DNA of 64,000 bases from Octopus vulgaris (taxonomy: Eukaryota), in NCBI GenBank assembly GCA_951406725.2, contig OX597818.1:71300001-71364000 (forward strand). The letters are read 5' to 3'. The translations under genes were made by a program, and so were the position numbers. Under the pieces are notes generated by a model. The model searched no databases. It was not told where the DNA came from and worked only from the letters and a program-made list of their open reading frames with translations. Positions 23,431-36,800 of this stretch are shown here, one piece after another; position 1 is the first letter of the stretch; each line of letters starts with the position of its first letter.

Positions 23431-26400
23431 TGCCAAATACAAGCTTTCTTTTTAGGTACACGACACTGCTGTACTTCATCACAGGGTCTCACAGGTCCAC
23501 ACCTCCCACACCCACAGAGTTGGCACACTGAAAGGTACGTCTGGTGAGATTGATGAGATGCCTGAATGGGGACATGTAGATCTGTGCTGCATCCAAGAAG
23601 TAAGGTGGAGAGGAGGTTCTGCTAGGTTCCTCACAGGCAAAGAACACAGGTACAAGATTTTCTGGGCAGGGAACGCTGATGGTGTCAGGGGCGTGGGTTT
23701 ACTTCTTGTGGAGAAATGGGTTGATAAGGTAATTGAGGTAGTCAGAGTATGTGACAGAGTACTTAAGATTAGATTAGTGCTTCACCATAGGTTAGCTACC
23801 ATTATCTCGGCCTATGCCCTTCAACCGGGGCTACCGGATGGACAGAAAGACCGATTTTATGACACCCTCTTTCAGATTACCTCATTTATGAATGACAGGG
23901 ACCTTCTCTTTGTGGCTGGTGATTTCAATGGACATGTTGGACAACATGCAGGGGGCTTCCATGGCATACATGGAGGCTATGGTTTTGGTTCCCGGCAATG
24001 AGAAGGGAATCAGACTACTGGAGTTCTGCGATGCAAATGATCCTATGGTTTGCAATACCAAATTCAGGAAACCCGCCTGTCACCTAGTCATGTACTGTTC
24101 TGGCAGACACACTAGCTAAATTGGCTACATCCTCACCAAAAAAAGAGAAAGAAGGCTGCTTATAAATACCAAAACTTTGCCAGGCGAAGAATGTACCCCT
24201 CAACATAGATTAGTAGTTAGTGACTTCAGGATCAGGGCTAAATGGATGGCTAGAAGAAGACCAGCTTAAAGGAGTAGGGTCTGGAAGCTTAAAGATCCTG
24301 AAAATGGACAGAGATTTAGAGACATATTACTCAAAGCTTTTGACAAAATAGAAGGGGATTTAGCATGACATAATGTGTTAGACAACTGGAGGTTTCTACA
24401 GGACAGCCTGCTGAGAGCCACTGACGAGACCTGTGGATGGTGCAAAGTCCCCTTTCATCCCAAGGTAACGTGGTGGTGGAACAAAGTTGTTGATAGGGCT
24501 ATTAGACAAAAGAAACAGGCTTGGAAAGACTGAAGGAACGGAGGTAGCAGGGAATTGTATCAGACTGCCAGAAGGGAAGCTAGGAGACAGGTTTATTTAG
24601 CCAGAGGGGAAGCAGATAACAAAAAATTTGCCAATGTAATGCGCTGTGAGGACCAAAGACTTGAAGTCTTTCACATTGCAAGACAGTATGTGAGAGCGAA
24701 TTGTGACGTAGGGGAGAAATGTGTCCACATGGATGATGGTTCACTTGCATTAAATGAGGCTGCAAAGAGAGAGGTTTGGAGATGCCACTATGAAAGGTTG
24801 AATAAAGAGAATGAATGGGAGAAAGAAAGTCTACCAAATGCTGACCCAACAGAGGGACCAGCTATCTAAATTGACAGTACCTTGGTAGTTAAAGCAATCA
24901 AGAGTATGATGACAGGGAAAGCTTCTGGCCCATCAGGAATTACTGTAGCAAAGCTCAAAATATCAGGTGGTGTCGGCTATAGACTCGTCACACGTATAGT
25001 TAACCAGGTGAAACATGAAAGAGTCATATACAATGACTGGTGTAGCAGCACCATAGTCAACTGCTAGAAAAGTAAAAGTGATGCTTCAGATACAAATAAT
25101 TACAGAGGTATCAAGTTGTTGGATCAGGTAATGAAGATCACAGAGAGGGTCATAGCCCAACCAATTAGGGTGAGAGCCAGTTTAGATGAGATGCAGTTTG
25201 GGTTCGCACCAGGGAAAAGTACCACTGATGCTATATTTCTGGTAAGACAGCTGCAGGAGTAATACTTAGCCAAACATAAACCCCTGTACCTGGCTTTTGT
25301 TGACATGAGGAAAGCCTTTGACAGGGTCATCTGATCCCTTATCTGGTGGTCAATGAGGAAGCTAGGGATAGATGAATGGTTAGTGAGAGCTGTGCAAGCC
25401 ATGTACAGGGACGCTGCTAGTAAGGTGAGGGTTGGCAACGAGTACAGCGAAGAATTCCAGGTAGAGGTAGGGGTCCACCAAGGTTCAGTCCTCAGCCCCG
25501 TCCTATTTATCATAGTCCTTCAAGCAATAACGGAGGAATTCAAGACAGGATGCCACTGGGAGCTCCTCTATGCTGACAACTTTGCTCTAATTGCTGAGTC
25601 ACTATCAGAATGCAAGAAGTTTCAGGTGTGGAAACAATGATTGGAATCGATGGGCCTTAGAGTCAACCTGGTTAAAAATCAAAGTCCTAATAAGTAGGAA
25701 AGCAGGCAAACCACAGGTCCTTTCATGTATATGGCCCTGCTTGATCTGTAGAAACAGCGTAGGTAGAAACTCTATAAGATATACCCAGTGTGAGCTATGG
25801 ACATATAAGAGGTGCAGCAATATCAAAGGAAGGCTAACTGGGAAGATAGTTTTTTTATGTAGCAGATGCTCAGGAGAAATAAACACTGAAAATGTGCAGA
25901 GAACAACTTCTGCCACATTCCAGGGAGAAAAACTAAAAGTAGTTGATATCTTCCATTACCTAGGTGACCAAATCAGTAGCAGGGGAGGGTGCACTGAAAG
26001 TGTAGCTGCTAGAATAAGAATAACCTGGGCAAAGTTCAGAGAGCTCTTACCTCTGCTGGTGATAAGGGCCTCTCACTCAGAGTAAAAGGCAGACTGTATG
26101 ACGCATGTGTATGAACAGCCATGCTACATGGTAGTGAAACATGGGCTGTGACTGCTGAGGATATGCGTAAGCTTGCAAGAAATGAAGCCAGTATGCTCTG
26201 CTGGATGTGTAATGTCAGTGTACATACTCAACAGAGTGTAAGTACCTTGAAAGAAAAGTTGGACCTAAGAAGCATCAGTGGTGGTGTGCAAGAGAGACAA
26301 TTGTGCTGGTATAGACATGTGGCAAGAATGGATGAGGCTAGCTGTGTGAAAACTTCCACACCCTAGTGGTTGATGGAACCCGTGGAAGAGGTAGACCCAA

Positions 26401-27186
26401 TAAAACCTGGGATGAAGTGGTGAAGCACAACCTTCAAACATTAGGCCTCACCGAGGCAATGACTAGTGACTAAGACCTTTGGAAATATGCTGTGCATGAG
26501 AAGACACGGCACATGTGTGACCATAACCTGTGGCCTTACCAGAGATGTAGCAAGCCAACTTATGCACACCTTTCCTTATTTGGACACAAAACTCTGCTTG
26601 CAAAGACATGTTGAGGCAAGTGAAATCAAAATAGAACCAAATTCGACGACTGGCACCCATGCCAACCTTCCTTCATTGGACACTAGACTCTGCTTGCGAA
26701 GACCTGTTTGGGCAAGTGAAATCGAAATTGAACCAAATTCGATGACTGGCACCTGTGCCTGTGGAGTGCTAAGAGATTCTTCCAAGCAGCATCACTACCA
26801 GAGCAGCTGTCTTGCTTCTGTGCCGGTGGCACATAAAAAGCTCCATTTGAGCGTGATCGTTACCAGTGTCGTCTTACTGACACTTGTACCGGTGGCATGT
26901 GAACAAAACATTTGAGCGAGGTTGTTGCCAGTTCCGCTGTACTAACTCCTGTGTAGGTAGCATGTAAAAAAACACCATTTGAGCATGGCTGTTGCTAGTA
27001 CCGCCTGACTGGCCCTCGTACCAGTGGCACATAAAAGCACCCACTAAACTCTTGGAGTGGTTGGCATTAAGAAGGGCATCCAGCGGTAGAAACACTACCA
27101 GATCAAGATGCAGCCATCTATTTTGCCGGACCTCAGTCAAATTGTCAACCCAAGCTAGCATGGAAAGCGGATGTTAAACGATGATG

Positions 27187-27192
<6 letters not shown>
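23429..27192 (+). mobile_element. RTE-clade LINE family A, near full length, decayed (AP endonuclease plus RT)
   Basis: LCCIQEVRW, AGDFNGHVG, NYRGIKLL, AFVDMRKAFD, GVHQGSVLSP, LLYADN and LHGSETW motifs with stops and frameshifts; 3'UTR of short subrepeats ending in (GAT)n. Confidence 0.92.
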
Positions 27193-27229
<37 letters not shown>

Positions 27230-27233
<4 letters not shown>

Positions 27234-27541
27234 TCTATGTTTGGAATGACCAATTTTAAATACTATTGGAACTTACACACAAGGTACAGGAAACTTATAT
27301 GTATACCGTTCTGCTTAAATAATGGAACTGCAGATGCAATATCCCTGCATATCTCACATCTGTTTTCATTCCTCCACTTCACTCTCTATGTCATATTTTC
27401 TCTAGAATAACTATTGCATAACCATTTTCTCACATCGTCTCTGATAAAGGGATATACAAAATATCCTGTAAACAGGTGTAAGACCTTCTCTTTATAAATG
27501 TTCTGAAATCTTTCACAGCCTTGGATTTTTATTTCATTCTC

Positions 27542-27548
<7 letters not shown>
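27230..27548 (+). mobile_element. Small (TA)n-flanked element with a decayed hammerhead-like motif
   Basis: GTCT-CTGATAA-AGGGATAT.acaa.ATATCCT-GTAAAC.aggt.GTA-AGAC at 27437-27484. Confidence 0.5.
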
Positions 27549-27637
<89 letters not shown>

Positions 27638-29023
27638 ATATATAATATACACACATTCCTTAGTGTCTGAGTATCTCTGTGTGTCTAAGTTTGAATATAC
27701 TGGAGTAAAAAGTTATGTCAAGCTCTGTCCATTTATGTGAAAGATCATTTAAATATATTTCAGATGAATATATGTACTGTGACTTATATGTTCAACTAAA
27801 CTCCCTCAAATGCAGTGCCCTGTCATGACCACTGTTGCAGTCTAGTCTTGACCAACAACTAAAACCAGCCAGAAGAGCATAGCGTAAAACTGAAGACAGT
27901 AAGAAGACCATAATATTTTCACTGCAATATCATAAAATGTAATAGCTATCTTATCTGCTAATAATTACCACATAATTTTTATATTGTTGCAATCATGTTT
28001 TATCGCTGCTAGCAAAATTACCATAATGATCTATAATAATAAAAGAAAATATCTTGTAATTATCTTCACCTCATTTTTAAAATCATGTTAAGAAGTTATT
28101 TTATAGGTCTGTGTCATTATATTATTTAGTAGTCATTATATCTACAGACAGACTTCTTTCTCTCCCCTTCTTATACTCTCTTGTTTTCATTTCTAATAAA
28201 AGAACATTACCTGTGATCTGGGAAGCGAAGGTGGTTGCGGATATTGGTAATGTTTCTTTGCTTATTATTTTCTTTTTCTTTATAGTCATCTAAGAATCCA
28301 TAAGTCACAAAAAAATAGGCATTCGCATATTTTTCAATAGAGTAGGTATATTAATGGATCTATAATACTGTATTGATTAATATGTGTATGGGGAGAGAGA
28401 AAGACATATATGTATATATACATGTGTGTGTGTATGCATATGTACACACACAAACTCATACAGAGTATATCTGAATAGTTAAAAAGTTCACTCTACAATC
28501 ACAAAATCCTGAATTCAATCCCACTCTGTGTTATCTCGAGCAAATGTCATCAAGCTGACGCATAGAAAACCCTGCTCCATCATAGTCTAGTTATAACCAT
28601 GTAAATTCTTGATTATAATGAAACTATAATTATGTAAGTGTGCATCAAATGAGATGTATGAGAGATGTATATGTTTATTTGTATTTTTTATATTATCCAT
28701 TTAAGAGCAAATAACACTCACACTTGTGTTATTATTGTTCATTCAACAAGGACTGTATTCTGTTTTTGAAACAGTGAGATTTCTAAAGAGAATACTTTTG
28801 AAGTATCAATTTCTATACAAGAAATATTAATGTCTTACAAGACCAGCACTTATGTTAGGAGATAGGTTATAACTGATTAGATCAACCATAATACATTTGT
28901 GGAATGTAGTTAAATTTGCAGAATTGTTAGAACACTAAACAGAATGCCATGTGGTATTTAGTTATGTTTATATTTTGAGATTAAATCCTTCCAAATCCAC
29001 TGTGCCAATCATCCTTCAGGAGC

Positions 29024-30430
29024 CATCATCATCATCGTCATTTAACATCCGCTTTCCATGCTGGCATGGGTTGGATGGTTTGACTGAGGGCTGGCAAACA
29101 AGAAAGCTGCACCAGGCTCCAATCTGATTTGACAAAGTTTCTACTGCTGGATGTCCTTCCTAATGCCAACCACTCCGAGAGTGTAGGGGTGTTTTTTACT
29201 TGCCACCAGCACAAGAGCAAGTCAGGTAGTACCTATTTCTTTATTACCCAGAAGGGGCTAAACACAGAGGGGACAAACAAGGACAGACATAGGTATTAAG
29301 TCGATTACATCGACCCCAGTACGTAACTGGTACTTAATTTATCGACCCCGAAAGGATGAAAGGCAATCTCGACCTCGGCGGAAATTGAACTCACAACGTA
29401 ACGCAGACGAAATACTGCTAAGCATTTCCCCGGCGTGCTAACGTTTCTGCCACCTCGCCAACATCGACTATGCTTGAATGGTGCTTTTTACATGCTACTG
29501 GCACAGGAGACAGTCAGGTGACACTGGCAATGACTATGTTCGAATGGTACGTTTTATGTGCCACTGGCACAGGAACAGTCAGCTGGCACTGGCATTGACC
29601 ACGCTCAAATGGTGCCTTTTACATGCCACCAGCACAGAACCAGTCAGGCATAATGTCATTGGCCATGGCAATGACTTCACTTTCTTCAACAGGTCTTTGG
29701 AAGCACAGTTCATTGCTCAACGATTGAAGGGTGCTCTTAAAGGGCTGGTTATGCTGCACTGGCATAGGCCACAGTTATGGTCCACTTGGCTTGCCTGATC
29801 TTCTCAATCACAGTATATCTCCGTCGCTTGTCATTGCCCCTGTGAGGCCCAGCATTTGAAAGTCATGCTTCACTACCTCATCTTATGTTTTCCTGGGTCT
29901 ACCTCTTCCACAGGTCCCTTCCACTGTTAGGGTGTGACACTTCTTCACACAGCTGTCCTCATCCATATGCAACACATGACCATATCATGCACTTGTCTCT
30001 CTTGAACATCACATCTGATGCTTCTTGTGTCCAACTTTTCTCTCAGGGTGCTTACACTCTGTCGTGTATGCACACTAACATTACACATTCAGCAGATCAT
30101 ACTACCTTCATTCCTTGCAAGCTTACACATGTCCTCGGTGGTCATGGCCCATGTTTCACTGCCATGTAGCATGGCTCTTCACACACATGCATCATACAGT
30201 CTACCTTTCACTCTGAGCGAGAGGCCCTTTGTCACCAGCAGAGGTAAGAGCTCTCTGAACTTTGCCCAGGCTCTTCTTATTCTAGCAGCTACACTCTCAG
30301 AGCATCCATCCCTGCTACTGACTTGGTCACCTAGGTAGCAGAAGTTATCAACTACTTCTAGTTTTCCCCTCTGGCATGTGACAGAAGCTGTTTTCTGCAC
30401 ATTTTCAGTGTTTATTGCCCCTGAGCATTT
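29024..30430 (-). mobile_element. RTE family A 3' fragment interrupted by a SINE
   Basis: ORF 30179..30400 (KLEVVDNFCYLGDQ...AWAKFRELLPLL) matches ~25900-26110; (CAT)n tail at 29024. Confidence 0.85.
29232..29459 (-). mobile_element. tRNA-derived SINE (family 2) nested in the RTE copy
   Basis: Minus strand GGCGAGGTGGCAGAAACGTTAG (A box), GAGTTCAATTTCC (B box), central GCCTTTCATCCTTTCGGGGTCGATAAATTAAGTACC; decayed relatives near 57590-57890. Confidence 0.75.
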
Positions 30431-32039
30431 GTTAAGGTTGACTTAAGAAACCTCTTCCCTCATAGACAAAAAGGTTTATGGCCTTGTACCTATGTAAAAA
30501 ATTGCTTTCCATTTTCACAACTCTATAGAGGAAGTTCACATCAGTAAAGGGCTAAATCAGAGAAAAAAATGAGTTTCTGTAAAACATTCAGTGAAACTTT
30601 GCCAGATAATGCTTAAGTTGTAAACAGCATATCACTAAGTAGAGGAAGAGAATTTGGATCTCATTTGTAGTGTCTATTTTTTGTGTGCCTTTAGATCATG
30701 CTTTTGGTTTGAGAATAAGTTATGAGTTGTCATTTTTTCTTCTCTTTCCCAAATCAGTCTTGAAAATCCTGTACTAAAAGCATAGAGACTGACCCACCTC
30801 TTCTGAGTATGCAATTAAAAAAAAGAAACACAAGTGTCTTTCACACAAATGTGTGTGTGTGAGCATTTAGTTGTTTGGTCAGTTCATGAAATTAAAACAT
30901 AAGCATAAAATCATTCTGTAGTCATGTGTACCCCCTCATTATGATACACAAGTCAGATCAGTATGACAACGATGTGACAAGGCTTGACTTTTGAATTACA
31001 GGCACAATGTAGATAGAAAGATGATTTGAGCTGATTTTACAACTGGCTTGGTATGTTATGTGTCTGCTCTGAAAAGGGGGAAAGGTAAAGTTTACTTCAG
31101 TTTCATTTGAATTAGGATTAGAGAGATTCAAAATATATACTGCACTGCATTTTATTCATATTCTAACAATTTTGTCAATTTACCAACTTGATATAGAAAT
31201 AAAAACCAAAGAAGAAAGAGAAAGAAAGAATAAGTGTGTGTGATTAGATTTGAACAGAAGCTTTGTGAATGTTTTCTTCAAAAACTTAAACAAACAAGAA
31301 TTTAATCTTAGAAAAATGTGGTAAAGACTGGAATCCAAACTCTATGAAATAAAAATAATGATGAAAAAAAAAAAACTTACTTTTAATTTCTTTCTCTGCC
31401 ACAACAAAGCTTGGAATTTTCCAAAGGAAACTACAAATGTAATTTTCCAAAAATGGAACTGCTTAATTAAATAAAAAGACAAATTTCAAGAGAAGCAGTA
31501 TGACCAAAATTGCTAAAAGTACATCGTAAGTGATATTCTCATAATAAAACTCTGGACATTCTATTGATAGCAAAGTATTTATAATTAAGTAAATAAATAT
31601 GTGAAATACAAAAGCAATGGAGTTCCTGACGAGAAAGCATGTGTTAATGGTAATGGGCCAGTAATGGCATACATATGTCACTTCTTGTCTTAATGATCCC
31701 CTACTGTTAACTTACCTTTCATTGAGCAAAGGAGGAACTTGTCAGTGAGGCAAATAACTGTTAAGCACATTGTAATGAGACTTATGCCTATAGTAGTAAC
31801 AAACGCACACATAATTTCTTGTGTGATAGGTTTGTGTACTTATTTTCAGTAACCCTGCACTGAGCAAAGGATTCAAAGTTAAAATAATTGTTGTCATTGT
31901 CAGTGGCACAGTAATATTTATCATTAATCACAATGACTGTTTATTTTTTGGTTTCACTGATATCAGCTTCTTGAAGATAATGTTTGGTAAGATGAAATTA
32001 TCCTTACATATAGTTGCAATTGGTTTGAGAAAAGGCAGA

Positions 32040-33022
32040 GATCATCATTATCATCATCATCATCATTTGATGATTGTTTTCCATGCTGGCATGCATTGCA
32101 CGGTTTGACAGAACTGGTAAACCAGAGAGATGCACCAAGTTCCACTCTGATTTGGCTTGGCTTCTACAGTTGGATGCCCTTCCTAAGGCCAACCAAACCA
32201 AGAGTGCAGTGCGTGCTTTTTACAAGCCACCAGCACTGGTGCTAGTTATGTGACACTGGCATCAGCCATGACTATGATCTCACTTGGCCTGATAGGTCTT
32301 CTCAAGCACAGTATATTGCAAAAGCTCTCAATTACCTGTCACCACTTTTGTGAGGCTCAGCACCCAAATGGAGCTTTTACATACCACTGGCACAGGTGCC
32401 AGTCACAACAACACTGGCATTGGCCACAATTATGATTTCCACTTGGCTTGACAGGTCTTCTCAAGCACAGTAGATCACCCAACGATTGAAGGTTGGATTT
32501 TACATGTCAGTTAAGCAACATTGGCATCAGCCAACACAACGATCTCACCTGCCTTCACGGGTCTTCTCATGCACAGTATATCACCAAAGGTATTGATCAC
32601 TTGTCATTGTCTCTGTGAGGCCCAACATTCAAAGATCATGTTTCACCACCTCAACCCCTGTCTTCCTGGGTCTATCTCTTCCATAAGTTCCCCTCCATAT
32701 TGGCGCTTTTTTTCCCTGTTGTCTTCGTCCATATGCATCACCTGACCATACCAATGCAGTTGTCTCTATTGCACATCATATCTGATGCCTCTTATGCCCA
32801 ACTTTTCTCTCAAGATGCTAACACTCTGTCATACAAGCACTCTGACATTGCACATCCAACGATACATACTAGCTTCAGTTATTTTTAGCTCTTTCAAGCC
32901 TATGCATGTCCTCGGCAGCCACAGCCCATGTTTCATGTATCATAGGTGTCCAAACACAGGCATCATATAATCTGCATTTCGATTTGAGGGAGAGGCCCTT
33001 TGTTACTAAGAGGTAGGAGCTA
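32040..33022 (-). mobile_element. Older RTE family A-related 3' fragment
   Basis: (CAT)n tail, TTCCATGCTGGCATG and GGATGCCCTTCCTAA motifs, and ORF-end homology up to 33020. Confidence 0.75.
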
Positions 33023-33801
33023 GGAGTTCATGGGTTAAAATAGGAAAAAAACCCCCAAAAAACAGTGGGAATGAAGGGGATTAAGCCTTTGCTGTATTTT
33101 CTCATCCATTTACATTGTTTGCTCTTTCAACCTGCACCAATTGCTGGTACATATAAGAAAACTTTCATATTATCAAACCATGTTTAAAAAATCAATGTCT
33201 ATGAAACTTTGCAGTAAACAATTGCTATGATGATAATACACACACACAATGGGCTTCTCACAAGCTATTAGTCAAATTAAAAAGATACTTGCCCAGAACA
33301 TAGAAGGGAATTAACAGATGTTATTTTCAGGAATGTAGAACAAGGGAATTCAAAGCAACAGTCTTCATGTAGTCTTCAAATGTCATAGTCATTATACTCC
33401 TTGCCTATGAAATTGTTCCTTTATTATATCTTTTCTTTACAGATGTTTGGATATACTGTTTGATCTGTTCCACAGCAGCAGTCTTGGGTCCTCTCTGCAG
33501 TTCAGGGTAACAAAGAAGTGTCAATATGGGAGGTGGAGATTGAAGCCAGATAGAAGGCCCTCTCAGTTAATAATTCTCCTGCTCTGTCTCACAGAGACGT
33601 ACATAACAACATCAAATCCATGACATTATAAGTGTTTCTCCTACCGCTAGTCTTGTATATGATCTTCAGATGTTGAGTGTAAGGGAGGCAATGACAAGTG
33701 CTGGAGACCTTTGGCAATTTGCTGTGCTTGAGAAGATGCACCTAACCAAGTGAAATCATAGCTGTGGTCAGTGCTGGTGACATGTAGAAGGCATTTGTGC
33801 C

Positions 33802-36800
33802 CGTTACACATTCATATCTATGTGTATACGTAGGCATACGTGTGTAAAATACATCCCCACTTTTGGCACTATTTTATTAGTAAACAGTACGAACTGTGGC
33901 TAAAGTATATAAGTATTACTACGCTGAATGTCGGACAGTTCGTGTAACATGTAAAGCAAATAAACACGTAAAACGATAATAATGCCTTCATTTGAGTTGT
34001 CTATCACCCATTAGAACGAAACGACACATAATATGGTGGCAGCGGTAAATAATTAATCGGAAACTGTGCCTTTACAACAAAACAGAAACACAACGAACCA
34101 GAAATTTAACAAACAAAACATCGCTTCGTCTTCGGACACACATACACGAGGTTCCAAAATGGCGACCCCCGTCACCGTACAGATGAATTTACATCCAACC
34201 ATGAACTGGGACTCCGATGATATCGTGGAAGCGTTTAAGAAATTCAAACAGAAAACTCAACTGGCTTTCAAAAGTTTCCTGAAAGGTACAACTGCCGATG
34301 AAAAGGTAAGCTGCATCCTTTTATGGACGGGAGAAGGGCCTAGACCTATTCAATAGCTGGGACATGTCAGAATCGGATTGCAATAACCCAGACACACTTT
34401 TAGAGAAATTTGAAAGGCACCTAGAGCCCAGATCGAACCATAGAATTCACAGCTACGAATTCCAGGGCCTGAAACAAGACCCACAAGAAACGATTGACAA
34501 TTTCCTGTCCAGACTAAAAAATGTTGCCGAAAAATGCAAATTCAAAGATAAGGACGAAAGAATTGTTGACCAATTAATATGGGTATGTGCTCATAAAGAA
34601 GTTCAGAAATCCCTTGTAACGCACTTGTGTGTGTGAATATCCTAGTGCACTTTTGGGGTGCACAAAGCAATCACTCACTAGCCGTTGCTTTAATAATCCA
34701 GAATCTCTACTAGTCAGAAACAAACAAGACGCAGACGTAAAATATACATATAACTACTTTATTCTCTTTCTTGGTAAACAATAACAATAAGTGTGTTATC
34801 TGATGTCCTTGATTCTGGGCGCGCAAGGCTGAAAGTTAATAGATTGTAATATTTACAATGTCCAGCCGATGAAAACAGAAAGGGTCCAAGATGGCGTCGA
34901 ACAATGGAGACGATGTTGGTCTGCAACATTTTTGGTTAAAGCCCTTTTGGTAAAGGACTGCTAGAATCAGTTCGAATGGAGAGAATATATGCGTGACCGT
35001 CGCCGTCAATCGCTGGGTCCCAAGTCCTCGATGACTGCGTTAAGTGGTCAAACGTTCTACGACCCCCTTGCCTCGCTAACTGCTACGTAGGCAAAAGGGT
35101 CGTGCTTCCGGTGGTTCGCGCATGCGCGAGAGGCCCCTTCCCTTCTGTGCCCTGGTGAAGACACCAACACGCGCGAAATACAAATGGACGGCGCGCGCGC
35201 GCCGTTGTCGGATCACTACACCCTCATAGGTAAGGACGCTCTCCAGTTGATAGAAGCAATAGACACTGCATGAGCATTCGAAGCCACTACCAAACAAATG
35301 GCCTCACTTACTTTACAAACAAGCGCACTAGGCAGCAGTGTAGATATTGTATCTAGGCATAGGACGAAACATACCCGCAAACAAAGAACATGCCAGTACT
35401 GTGGTATGGAGCATGAGTTCAATAACCAGAAGAAATGTCCTGCATTCGGTACACACTGGAAAGCATGTGGAAAACCCAACCACTGGGAAAAATGTGTAGG
35501 CTAACAAAATTCCAGAAATACAAGCCCCAATTTTCAAAGAGGAGCGGAAATAGAAAACAAAGAGCTATACATGCCCAACAACAAGAACAAAACACCCCAG
35601 AGGAGGAATTCTTGGCAGTCGGCATAATAAATGTGCATGAGATAGGAAATGACGACCAGAAAAAAATGAGGCATACACAACGATACGAATACAAAAGAAG
35701 TCTGGCAAGAAACGAATAAACATTGACTTAAGGCTAAAGATTGACACTGGAGCCCAGAGTGATATCTTGCCTGTCAACCTCTACAAAAAGATGTTCCCAG
35801 AACACATGACACAAGAGGATAAAGTCAAAGAAGGAATCCTCACACCAAGTGATGTAATCCTCACTGCGTACGGAGGTACCAGGATTCCACAACTGGGCAA
35901 AACAAAAATCACAGGGACACACAAAGGAAAAATAATCAAGTGTTCTTTTTATGCCACAGGAACAGAAGGACCAGCAATTCTTGAACTCAATACCTGTTAA
36001 AAAGCTTAATATTGTGTCAATCAATGGTGAAGTGAAGGCAGCTCCAAGCAGGATTGACAGAGATATGCCTATCAAAGACCGACCACCAATCACAAACAAA
36101 GAAGAACTGATAAGCATGTACCCTGAATGCTTTGACGATACAGTCGGGTGCTTTGTGAATTGTCGATACCATATAACAGTCGACCCCAATATCAAACCAA
36201 TTGTTCACCCACCTCGCCGCGTCCCTCTAGAACTAAAAGAGAAGCTGAAGACAGAGTTGGACAGAATGGAAAAAAAGAAATAATCACCAAAGTGACACGA
36301 CCAACAGACTGGGTGAATTCAATTGTAATCAAGGAAAAACCCAATGGTACCCTACGGATATACCTCGACCAAAGGGACCTGAACAAGGCATTAAAAAGAG
36401 AGTACCATCCAATTCCAACCCCTAAAGAAATCACACCATCATTGGCTGGATCCAAATTATTCAGCAAACTGGATGCCAGTAATGGGTGCTTGAATGTAAA
36501 GATAGACAAAGAGTCATCCATGCTCACTACATTCAACACACCTTTTGGCAGATACCGATTCAACTGACTCTCATTTGGTTTGAAGGTGAGCCAAGATGTT
36601 TTCCAGTGCCAAATAGATGAGACCTACCAAAGCAGCAAGGGAGCAATTGGAATAGCAGATGACATCCAAGTACATGGCAAGGATGAGACCACACATGACT
36701 TCAATTTACATGAAGCCATGGAGAAAACCCGACAAGCAGGCATCAAACTCAATGCAGATAAGTGTGTGATAAAAGCAAAGGAGTGCAAATTCTTTGGAAT

